Shown here: positions 21,892-32,000 of the stretch, piece after piece | Layout: each line of letters starts with the position of its first letter | Numbering within the stretch: the first letter of the stretch is position 1 | Assembly (NCBI GenBank): GCA_963677765.1 | Contig: OY782392.1 | Span: forward strand, 1,016,297 to 1,048,296 | From: Candidatus Saccharimonadota bacterium | GTDB lineage: Bacteria; Patescibacteriota; Gracilibacteria; BD1-5; UBA6164 | Direction: 5' to 3' | DNA: 32,000 bases | The notes under the pieces: generated by a model | Told to the model about the DNA's origin: nothing | Database searches by the model: none | The model's input: the letters and a program-made list of their open reading frames with translations, nothing else | Program-made: the position numbers and the translations under genes

Positions 21892-22845
21892 ATGTATTGA
21901 TTAATAATTCCTTTTTGAAAAAAAACATTCGATAGTATTGGTTACACCTACATAATACCAGAAAATCTATTAAATAAGGTTAAAAAATGAATGGTTGTTG
22001 AATTTTTTCTAAAAGAAGAAATTACTTATTGAGTAATTTATGATTTTGTAGATAAAATTTCCTTTGATAAAACTAAATTAAAAGAAATTATATGAATAAA
22101 AAGTGAATTCATTTTATTGTCATGATACAGAATAGAGTTGATAAAGTATATATCTAATAATTATTTTACAGCTATACATAATTCTTTATGAGTTTTTTTA
22201 CCTGCTAATCTGAAGAAAAAGATTATAACAGATAAGCTGTCATTTAAAGATATCAATTTAAAATATAATAATGATTTTATTATTAATCTTTCTAATGATC
22301 AAAATGAAGCATATAATAATATAAAAAAATACAATAAGAGCTTGTTATTTTGAGTAACCTGAAGTTGAAAAACTCAAATTTATATAAAGCTGATACAAGA
22401 TCAATTAAAGTTATCTAAACAATCTCTACTATTGATACCAGAAATAATATTAACTACTCAAATTTCTGATACAATAAAACATTTTTTTTGAAAAGATGTT
22501 TTAATAATTAACTCTACTATTACTGAAGCTACAAAGACTAAATATTTTTGATTAATAAATTCTTGAGAAGCTAAAGTTATAATTTGAACTAGATCAAGTA
22601 TATTTTATCCTTATTGTAATTTAGGTCTAATTATAATAGATGAGGAACATGATTGAAGTTATATATCAGATCAATCTCCTAGATACAATACAATTGATAT
22701 AGCAGAAAAAATAACAGAATTAAATTGAAATAAATTATTATTGTGAAGTGGTACTCCTAGTATAAAAAATATGTATAAAGCAATAAATTCAAAAGAATAT
22801 AACCTAGTAAGCTTATTTAAAAAATATAAAAAAACTGACACTTAG
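21892..22845 (+). CDS. priA: primosomal protein N' (PriA), N-terminal half only
   Basis: 317 aa. Walker A GVTGSGKT (22351-22374, three TGA Gly), Walker B IIIDEEHD, and LLGSGTPS. It ends at TAG 22843-22845 with no Cys-rich region or helicase lobe 2. Confidence 0.8.
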
Positions 22846-22857
22846 TCAGTTTTTTTA
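22828..22857. terminator. bidirectional hairpin terminator between priA fragment and convergent gene
   Basis: Stem ACTGAC/GTCAGT (22834-22839/22845-22850), extended by A/T pairs, with loop ACTTA. There is an A-run upstream and a T-run downstream. Confidence 0.75.
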
Positions 22858-22863
22858 TATTTT

Positions 22864-23706
22864 TTATAAATAATCATTTTTTACATTCTCTTCAATATAT
22901 TGTTTTTGTTTTATAAATCATGCTATAGAAACAGCTATAGAAGATATCGCTTTTTTATGTGACTCTGTAAATTCTTCATCTCAATATCATATTAATAAAC
23001 AACCAACTACTTCATTTTTATTAATTAATTTTTGAATATAACTATTTTCATTATCATTTATATTATATTTTTCTAATAATTCATTATTAATTCAGTTTTC
23101 ATTAACTTTTATTATTAAATCATTTAATTTTCACTGTCTTCTAGTATCATATCTAAATGTTATATAATCATCTAATACAGGATGTTTTTCAAAATATAAT
23201 ATATATTTTGAATTAATAGTTTTTGATAAACTATCAAAAATAGAAAATAAATTTTTATTATTAAAATCAGTAATTTCTGATATATTTTTTTGAATTTTAT
23301 AACTAGTTGTAATCAAAAAATTTGATTCTAAAAGTCTTTTATTAGATATATATATTATTGATGATAATAAATCTACTCAAGACTTAGTATGTTTTAATAA
23401 GAAGTTTTCAAAATCATTTTGAGCTTCTATTTTTAATAATACAGTATCTTTATTTGCAATAACTTTTACTTGTTTCGGTCATGAGTTACTAAGAGATCAT
23501 TCTCAAAATATTTCTCAATCTCATAATTTTGCTAATACTTTTGTTTCATTTTTTTCAGTTGTAGTATATTTTTCTATACTAAGTTCTCAACTTTTTATTA
23601 TATAAAGATTATCGTCAATCTCTCATTCATCAAACAATAATTCATTAGCTTCTAATTTTTTTATTTCAAAAAATCATGAATTTTCTAAAAAATCTATGTT
23701 AATCAT
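22864..23706 (-). CDS. cyclic nucleotide-binding domain protein with GAF-like C-terminal domain
   Basis: 280 aa. N-terminal CAP-effector-type domain (LLFDEGEIDDNLYIIKSGEL...LGDGEIFGEGSL...VIANKDTVLLKI). The C-terminal end (VVGCLLIGYGDEEFTESHKKAISSIAVSIAGFI) resembles the end of a GAF domain. The track ORF 23131..23316 is an in-frame fragment. Confidence 0.75.
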
Positions 23707-23722
23707 ATTTTATTATTATTTT

Positions 23723-24808
23723 TTAATCTATCATCATTGATATTCACTCTTTATCTCTAACATAACTCATTAGAGACTCTTTAGATATAATTTTTTTAGC
23801 GTATAATGCTAGTAAATATTTATCCATAAGTATCATACCTTCATTTTTTGATACTTCAATTACTGAATATATTTGATTAGTTTTTCCAGTTATTATTAGG
23901 TTTCTAATCGCATCATTATTTATTAATATTTCTCTTGCTGCTATTCTTCATTCTTTATCATCTCTTGAAATTAATCTTTGACTTATTACTCATGCCAAAC
24001 TTTGACTTAGCTGCATTCTTATTTGTGCTTGTTGTGTTCAAGGGAAAATATCAACAATTCTATCTATAGTTTGTACAGAATCATTTGTATGTAGTGTAGA
24101 TAGTACTAAGTGTCAAGTTTCAGCTAATGTAATTGCTGCTTTTATAGTTTCAGGATCTCTCATTTCTCAAATCATTATAACATCTGGGTCTTCTCTAAGA
24201 GATGCTCTTATAGCATTATCAAATCAATGAGTATGACTTCATACTTCTCTTTGATTTATTAATGATTTTTCAGAGTTAAAAGCAAATTCTATCGGATCTT
24301 CTATTGTTATAATATGTTTGCTCATATTTTTATTTATATAATTTATCATAGAAGCCAAATTTGTAGACTTACCTGAACCAGTCGGTCATGTTACTAGAAT
24401 TAATCATTTATTTTTTGAACATAATTCTTTAATATTATTTCATAATCATAATGATTCCATTTCAGGTATAACATTAGGAATTATTCTAAATGCAATAGAG
24501 TATCAGTTAGAATCCATATAACAATTAATTCTATATCTTTCTCAAGATTCAATCATGTGAGATGTATCTAATTCTTTTGTGTCAATAAATTTCTTATATC
24601 AATTTTCTCAGACTAAAGAAATGATAATATTTTTAACATCTTCCTTTTTCATTATCTCTAATTGAATATCTCATATTGAATTAAGCTCTTCAATTTTTCA
24701 ACTTTTATTTCTAATTCTAATTTTTTGATTTGATACTATATGTATATCAGGAAAATTATTTTTAGATGCATGATTTAAAATTCATTCTAGTAAATCTATA
24801 GTTTGCAT
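23723..24808 (-). CDS. pilT: type IV pilus retraction ATPase PilT
   Basis: 361 aa. Motifs [14 protein letters not shown] (Walker A), [24 protein letters not shown] and [11 protein letters not shown] (His box). Ends 16 nt upstream of the cNMP-binding gene. Confidence 0.92.
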
Positions 24809-24865
24809 TTAATATTAAATTAATAAATATTTAACTTATTTTAGCATAAAAAACTTTCTTAAACA

Positions 24866-24893
24866 AATAAAAGAGAGTTTTTAACTCTCTTTT
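24866..24893 (-). terminator. intrinsic terminator of the RumA-type methyltransferase gene
   Basis: Stem AGAGAGTT/AACTCTCT (24872-24879/24883-24890), loop TTT. It contains the stop codon (24881-24883). Confidence 0.65.
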
Positions 24894-26350
24894 ATTAAAC
24901 TAACAATTGTTTCTATATGATGTGTGTGTGGAAACATATCCATTGCCTTAACCTTTTCTATTTTATAATCACTATTTTGTAATATATATTCTAGATCTCT
25001 TGCTAATGTTGATGGATTACAGCTTACATATATTATTTGATTTGTTCAAAATTTTAATATATTAGGTAATGCATCTGGGTGCATTCATGCTCTAGGAGGG
25101 TCTATAATTAATAAGTCAGCCTTATTTCATTTTTCAATATACTCTCATAAAAACTCTTCTACTTTTGCATTATAGAAATCTATATTATCTAATCAGTTAA
25201 GTTTAGCATTTTTTTCTCAATCTTTACTTGCTGATGTTACTAACTCTACACTTGTAACATGTTTTGCTCAAGAATTTGCGAATATCATACCAATAGTACC
25301 TGTTCATCAGTATAAATCTAAAACTATTTGTTTAGATAAGTTTTCTTTTTTTGCAAAATCTAGTACAAGAGAGTATAGCTTTTCAGCTCAACTACTATTA
25401 GTTTGAAAAAATGATGTAGGTGAAATTTCAAAATTAAGTCATAGTATTTTTTCTGTAATAGTTTTGTTTCAATAAATTAATTCTAAATCTCAAATTGCAA
25501 CATCTGCTTTATTTGGATTATGAGAAAAATAAATAGACTTAATAATGTTGTATTTATCTGCTAAGTTGATTAAAAAATTTTTTATCAATTCTAATTTTTC
25601 TTTTAAGTCTAATTTTGTATTCTTTGTAAAATAATCAGGATTAAAAGATAATAATATCATAATTTCATCTCAAAAGTGAGTTCTTCTTATAAGTAGATGT
25701 CTAAAAAATCATTCTTGTCTCATTTGATCATAAACAGGTAATCATAATGTTTTAGTATATTTTTTAATTTCTCTAAATATTTCATTTTGTAATTCATCTA
25801 TTAAGGGAGCTCATTCAAAATCTTCTACTTTTGAAAATTCTCATTGTTTATGAAATCATAGATTAAAATGTTCTTCTATTCACATTTTATGTGAAATATA
25901 TTTTCAAAAACTAAATTCAACCTTATTTCTATATCAATCTATAATAGGTGAACCTTCTATATCTAAAAAATTTATATTATTTTGATATTTTTGTAATCAA
26001 TTAAATGATTCAATTACTTGTTCTTGTTTTATTTTTAATTGTTCATTATATGGTATGTTTATCCATTTCCATCATCATGACATTCAATATTTATTATTTT
26101 TGTTTTCTACTTCAATATCTGATTTTTTTACTATTTCAACTATTTGTGTTTCAAGAAATGCCTTTTTCTTTTTTAAAACTCTTAAGTTAGCTACTGTTCA
26201 TGGTATAGCTCATCAAGTAACAAATATTACTCTTCAGTCCAAATCAGGGTTTTCATGTTTAAGTCTAGCAAAACCTTTTCATCAAAAAACAAGTTTTTCT
26301 ATTTTTATATTATTTAAAATATCATTTTTCTTAATTCAAGTTTGTTGCAT
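24881..26350 (-). CDS. RNA (uracil-5-)-methyltransferase, RumA/TrmA family
   Basis: 489 aa. TRAM-like N-terminus, SAM motif VLDLYGGTGTIG, IIDPPRAGM and catalytic-Cys context [14 protein letters not shown]. The track ORFs 26005..26190 and 26055..26381 (+) are antisense. Confidence 0.88.
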
Positions 26351-26492
26351 TAAATATATATTATTTTTAAATTTTCGTTGATTATATTAAAAAACCTTTA
26401 ATAATCAAATATAATAAAGACTTGACTAATTTATAAATAATTTTAATATTTAAAAACAAAAAAAATTTTTTGTGAATAAAAGGAGATATATT

Positions 26493-26753
26493 ATGTATGA
26501 ATTAATTGTAGGATATTGGCCTATTATAGCAACTTGCTATGGATTTGCAACTATATTCTTTCTAATTGTTCATAAATTTAAAATTAATACAGAAATAATA
26601 ATTGATATAATAATAGCTGGTTTAATATTTAGTATTGGATCAATACTAATGTATAAATATTATAATGTATATATTGCATTGCAAGGTTTATTATTCCTTG
26701 TATTTGTAGTTGGATTTTTCAAAGTTAATAAAAAAAATAAAAAATCTAGCTAA
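26493..26753 (+). CDS. small hydrophobic membrane protein
   Basis: 86 aa (MYELIVGYWPII...), about three TM segments and a Lys-rich tail. AAGGAG (26480-26485) lies 7 nt upstream of the ATG at 26493. No TGA codons. The track ORF starts at an in-frame GTG at 26472, which overlaps the SD and is less likely. Confidence 0.65.
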   Translation: MYELIVGYWPIIATCYGFATIFFLIVHKFKINTEIIIDIIIAGLIFSIGSILMYKYYNVYIALQGLLFLVFVVGFFKVNKKNKKSS

Positions 26754-26755
26754 AG

Positions 26756-26786
26756 AAAAGACCCCTATTTATAGGGGTTTTAATTT
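26756..26786 (+). terminator. intrinsic terminator after the small membrane protein gene
   Basis: GC-containing stem ACCCCTAT/ATAGGGGT (26761-26768/26771-26778) followed by a T-rich tail. Confidence 0.75.
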
Positions 26787-26842
26787 GCTTTAATTTTATT
26801 ACTATATATTATTGTATTAATTTAATTCAATTAAATAATTTT

Positions 26843-27916
26843 ATGAAATATATTTTACTAATAATACTTTATCTTATAAGTTATTCAGTATTAAATGCAA
26901 ATTTATACATAGAAAATAATACTTTATGATATAAAACAAGGCTTATAAAATATGAAGTTTGATCAGAAGATTACAATTTCAAAATTTGAGTTAATAAAGA
27001 TAATGAATCTACTAGTTTTAGGGATTTATTGGATAGTAATAATTGAATTAGTTGAGTTAATTGAGTATTTTTTTGTCCTAAAAGCTATAGTGACTGTTGA
27101 TGAGTTGATTCTACAAAAAATGAAAGATATTATGAATGAATTAGCTATAATAAAACAGATACAACCTGAGATAGAGCAGTTTTTGCTGTAGATGATGAAT
27201 GAACACCATTTTTTTATAAGACGGGTAAAATAAACCCAAATAGGGAAGGTGATATATATTATTGATTTTGAAATTTTCCTCTAATTCTTTATCAATGAAA
27301 AGATTTAATACCAAGTTATGATCATTATTGATTACTTGATAATAAAATGAAGATAAAATTAAGTAGAAATTTTATCTGTACTAATCAATACAATAATGAA
27401 ATAATATTTTGATATATAGACAATATAAGTTTATATAATATATCTCCAGTTTTAAAAGATATTTGATGTTATAATGCATTGAATTTAGATGCTTGATGAT
27501 CAAGTTCTATGATATATAATTGAAGAGATATAATATGACCATGAAGAAATATAATGGACGGTATAATTATTGAGAGAAAATGACTAGATACTTCAAAATT
27601 AATAAAAACTTCTGATTTAGTAGTAAAAAATATAGATAAAAAATTAAAAAATAAATCATTTGAAGAAAAAATAGAATATATAGATTCATTTAAAAAACAA
27701 TTAACAAAACTGAGGACTGAACTCTATGATAAAAATTCAAAAAATACTTATGATAAATATTGAAATATTAATTGATATCAAATAAATATGAATTCTATAA
27801 ATAATCTTTCTACAGTATATATTATTAATAGGCTGAATCTTGAATTAAGCAAATTAAAAAATATTTATATTGAAAAAAATAAAATTGAATTAGATAAAAA
27901 GAATTTATTATTTTAA
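26843..27916 (+). CDS. secreted phosphodiester glycosidase family protein (NAGPA/DUF2233-like)
   Basis: 357 aa. Signal-like N-terminus, NGVFFCP, and ALNLDAGGSSSMIYNG typical of the family, then a Lys/Asn-rich coiled-coil-like tail. The track ORF 26952..27191 is in a different frame and is rejected. Confidence 0.75.
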
Positions 27917-27917
27917 C

Positions 27918-27955
27918 AAAAAACTAAAGATAGTATAATATCTTTAGTTTTTTTC
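27918..27955. terminator. bidirectional hairpin terminator shared with convergent tlyA
   Basis: Stem ACTAAAGATA/TATCTTTAGT (27923-27932/27939-27948), extended by A/T pairs, with loop GTATAA. The tlyA stop (27944-27946) lies in the 3' arm. Confidence 0.7.
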
Positions 27956-28663
27956 TAGCATTATAAATATTTCTTTATTTCAATTTTCTCATTTCATTTT
28001 TGATTCCTCTAATTTAATTATTTTTAATCATATATTACGACAATTATCTAAAAATTCGTTAAGTTTTATTTTTGAAATATTGTCATTTTTAACAACTCAT
28101 TTTTTATTTATATATTTAGTTCATACTTCAAATTGGGGTTTGAATAATAATATAACCAAGGTATTTTTTGATATAAAATTATTAATACTATCAATTATTT
28201 GATTCAAGCTTATAAAACTAACATCACAAGTTATAATATCTATATTATCATCTAACTTTTCTAGTTTTCTTATATCAGTATTTTCTTTTATTATTATTTT
28301 CTTATTATTTCTTAGTTTTTCATGTAATTGACTTGTTCATACATCAACAGCATATATTTTTGATATATTGTTTTCAAGTAGTATTTGACAGAATCCTCCA
28401 GTGCTACTTCATATATCTAGAGCTACTTTCCCTTCTGTATTTATATAGTTTGATTCAAATAGTCATTTTAGTTTAATCGCACTTCTAGCCACATAATTAG
28501 TTTCGTCAAGTTCAGTTATTTCTATAATATCATTATCATTTACTTCGTATCCTGTTTTTGTAATTTTTATTCATCATACTGTAACATTTCATGATTTTAT
28601 AATAGCTTGTGCTTTGTTTCTTGTAATATTTTTTTTATTTTTAATATATTGGTCTAATCTCAT
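27944..28663 (-). CDS. tlyA: TlyA family rRNA (cytidine-2'-O)-methyltransferase
   Basis: 239 aa. S4-like N-terminus (MRLDQYIKNKKNITRNKAQAIIKSGNV), then FtsJ-type motifs VALDIGSSTGGF and TCDVSFISL. Confidence 0.88.
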
Positions 28664-28666
28664 ATT

Positions 28667-29056
<390 letters not shown>

Positions 29057-29200
29057 AATATTGATTTTATTTTTTAATACTTTATTTATAATTAAAAATA
29101 ACTAATTTTAAAATTTTTTTAACAATAAAATATATTTTAGATTGTAAAATATATATTTTTTTATAGATTATAATATATACTTAATATATAATTATTGTTA

Positions 29201-31420
29201 ATGCAATTAAATCCAAAACAAGAAGAAGCGAAGAATAAAATAAATTGACCTGTTCTAATTATAGCATGAGCTTGAAGCTGAAAAACAGCAACTCTAACAG
29301 CAAGAGTACAATATATGATATGAGAAAAAAATATCTCTGCATCTAATATTATGATGGTTACTTTTACAAATAAAGCTGCTACAGAAATGAGAGAAAGGGT
29401 TGCTAAAACACTTTGAGTTGAAGTACCAAGAAGTATTTACTCTAAATGAAATTTCCCTTTAATATGAACATTTCATTCAATTTGAATTTATATACTAAAA
29501 GATGTTTTAAATAGATATTCAGCAGAGGAATTACAAATATGACTAAGAAAAGATTTTGTAATATATGATGAACAAGATAAATTAAGTGTTTTAAAAAATA
29601 TATTAAAAAATAAATTAAATCTTGATGAAAAAGAATTCCCAGCAAGACAAATAGCTTTTTATATTAGTAATGCAAAAAATAGTTTAATTACTGCTAAATG
29701 ATATGAAAGAGAAGTTGATAGTACTATAAAAGAAGTAGTTTATAAGGCTTATTTAGAATACGAAAAAGACCTGATAAGTAATAATGCTATAGATTTCGAT
29801 GATATATTAATCAAAACTTATGCTGCTCTAAGAATTAAGAAAATTTTAGAAGAATATCAAGAAAAATACAAATATTTGATGGTAGATGAGTATCAGGATA
29901 CTAATTTAGTTCAATATGAAATAGTTAAATTATTAGCAGACAGATATAAAAATCTAGCAGTTGTAGGTGATGATAGTCAATCTATCTATAGCTGGAGAGG
30001 TGCTGATATGAGAAATATAATTAATTTCAAAAAAGATTACCCTGATGCTTTAATTATAAAACTTGAGCAAAATTATAGATCCACTAAAAAGATTATATCT
30101 TGAGCTAATTCTGTTATAGATAAAAATACAAGCGGTATTAAAAAAGAATTATGGACTGATAATAATGAATGAGAACATATTAATTATATTGAAGCACCAG
30201 ATGACAAAATAGAAGCAAGTATAATTACTAATATCATAAAAGAAAAAGATTGAAACTATAAAGATAATTTAATACTTTATAGAACCAACGCTCAATCTAG
30301 AAAAATAGAAGAATCATTAATGACATCATGAATACCATATAGAGTTATTTGAGGTCAAAAGTTTTATGATAGAAAAGAAATAAAGGATTTATTAGCTTAT
30401 TTAAGAGTTATTTTTAATCCTAATGATACTGTATCAATGAAAAGGATTATAAATACTCCAACAAGAAAAATATGAAATAAATCAATTGAAACACTAGATA
30501 TGTATAAGGAAAATTTTTGATTAACTTATCCACAAATTATTGAAAATATAGATGAAGTAGAAGAATTAAATTCTTGAGCCAAAAATGCTATAAAAAATTT
30601 TAATATTTTATTTGAAGATTTAGTAAAATTATCTCATGAAATATTAGTTTCAGAACTAATTCAAAAAGTAATTAAAATGACTAATTATGAAGAATATATT
30701 ACTTCTTGATTAAGTCAGGAGGAAAAGGATTCAAAAATAGAAAATATGGATGAGTTGATAAATGTAGCAACTCAATATAATTGAATGGAAGCAAGAGAAA
30801 GTTTAGCTATATTTTTAGAGGAAGTATCATTGATTACAGATATGGATACAAAAGATGATAGAAGTGATTATGTGACTTTAATGACTATACATACAAGTAA
30901 ATGATTAGAAGAAAAAAGAGTTTTTTTAACTGGATTAGAGGAGTGACTATTTCCATCATTTAGAAGTATCAACGATAATAATGCATTAGAAGAAGAAAGA
31001 AGATTAATGTATGTTGCTATGACTAGAGCAAGGGAAGAATTGTATATTTCAAGAGCAAAAGAAAGATTTAATTTTGGTGATTATGTAAGAAATCCAGAAA
31101 GTAGATTTATAAAAGAAATAGATGAAAACTCTATTATTGATTATGATATGTCAGAATTTTTAGAATCTAAAAATAATTATTTCTCAAGAAGTTTTTGATG
31201 ATTTGATTCAAAAATATCAAATGATACATGATTTTCTAAACCCAAGATAAAAGTATCTAATAATGATGTAAGTCAATTCTCTATCTGAGATAAAGTATCT
31301 CATCCTAAATTTGGAAATTGAATAATTACTAGTTTATCTTGAGAATTAGCAACTATTGCATTTACTTGAAAATGAGCTGTAAAAATGAATATAAAAATAG
31401 CACCTATTAGAAAGCTCTAA
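29201..31420 (+). CDS. pcrA: ATP-dependent DNA helicase PcrA/UvrD
   Basis: 739 aa, fully translated without stops using TGA=Gly. Motifs [50 protein letters not shown] and [11 protein letters not shown]. The track ORFs 29876 and 31007 are in-frame fragments; 29442..29645 (-) is antisense. Confidence 0.95.
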
Positions 31421-31436
31421 AAAAATTTTATAATTT

Positions 31437-31476
31437 AAAAAAATTAGTTATATTTAATATATAACTAATTTTTTTA
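31437..31476 (+). terminator. intrinsic terminator after pcrA
   Basis: 12-bp stem AATTAGTTATAT/ATATAACTAATT (31442-31453/31459-31470), loop TTAAT, then a T-run at 31471-31475. Confidence 0.75.
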
Positions 31477-31481
31477 AATAT

Positions 31482-32000
31482 ATGACAGAATTCAAAAACA
31501 ATAGAGAAACAAAACTTAAAATAAATTATAAAGAATATAAAAATAAAGATAATATTGAAACAATTGTTATACTTCATTGATGGTGATGAAGTAGTGATAG
31601 TTGGGTAGAAGTATGAGAAATATTATCACAAAATTGATTCAATGTTATTATTCCAGATTTACCTTGATTTTGAGAAACAAAACTAAATTATGAATTTGAT
31701 TTAAATGAATATGCAAAAGTTGTTTCAAATTTTTTAAAAGAATTAAATTTAAATAACTTTATATTATGGTGACATAGTAATTGAGGAGCTATTTCTATAA
31801 AAATAGTAAACACAAATATTTTTAATATAAAAAGGTTAGTATTAAATAATAGTGCATGAATAAGAAATGATAAAAAAAGGAGTTTTAAAAGAAACTTTTT
31901 CATTAATGCTATTAAACCATTTAAGTTTTTATCTAAGTTTAGTAAATTAAGAATGTTTTTTTATAAACTTATTTGATCTAGAGATTATTTGAATTCTGAA
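31482..32000 (+). CDS. alpha/beta hydrolase (3' end beyond window)
   Basis: At least 173 aa. Motifs VILHGWGGSSDSW and the nucleophile elbow LWGHSNGGAIS. It runs off the window in frame. The track ORF 31688..31903 (-) is antisense. Confidence 0.8.

Noticed and set aside
26952-27191. Track ORF of 79 aa on the plus strand (MKFDQKITISKF...).
   Set aside because: It is out of frame (+1) relative to the 357-aa phosphodiester glycosidase gene, whose frame carries the conserved NGVFFCP and LDAGGSSSM motifs across the same region.

Overview
This is a strongly AT-rich, tightly packed bacterial chromosomal window that only makes sense if UGA is read as glycine (translation table 25, known from Absconditabacteria/SR1 and Gracilibacteria). 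In-frame TGA codons fall on invariant glycines: the Walker A loops of DnaA, DnaX, PriA, PilT and Adk, and the ABC LSGGE signature. Trp is still encoded by TGG. The supplied six-frame track used the standard code and is therefore misleading. Of its 26 ORFs, 2 are complete genes, 8 are in-frame fragments of longer genes, and 16 are antisense or out-of-frame artefacts. Re-read by hand with TGA=Gly, the window holds 29 uninterrupted CDS, one RNase P RNA, one atypical tRNA and many hairpin terminators. The CDS are dedA-like, secF, an ABC exporter, uppS, a polyprenyl synthase, a psiE-like gene, clpP, gltX, dcd, miaB, an MscS-like channel, an RNA methyltransferase, adk, dnaA, a DUF4012-like protein, a murE-like ligase, dnaX, a truncated priA, a cNMP/GAF protein, pilT, a RumA-type methyltransferase, a phosphodiester glycosidase, tlyA, a Nudix hydrolase, pcrA, an alpha/beta hydrolase and several small hypotheticals. 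I found no CRISPR array, mobile element or obvious defence island, so the content is core housekeeping. Points worth a second look are the recoding itself and its uneven use between genes, the non-canonical tRNA, a priA cut after helicase lobe 1, a pilT plus cyclic-nucleotide sensor pair, rnpB abutting adk next to dnaA with no dnaN, two small genes that have Shine-Dalgarno sites and no TGA codons, and palindromic terminators that overlap coding ends. All coordinates and translations were derived by hand.
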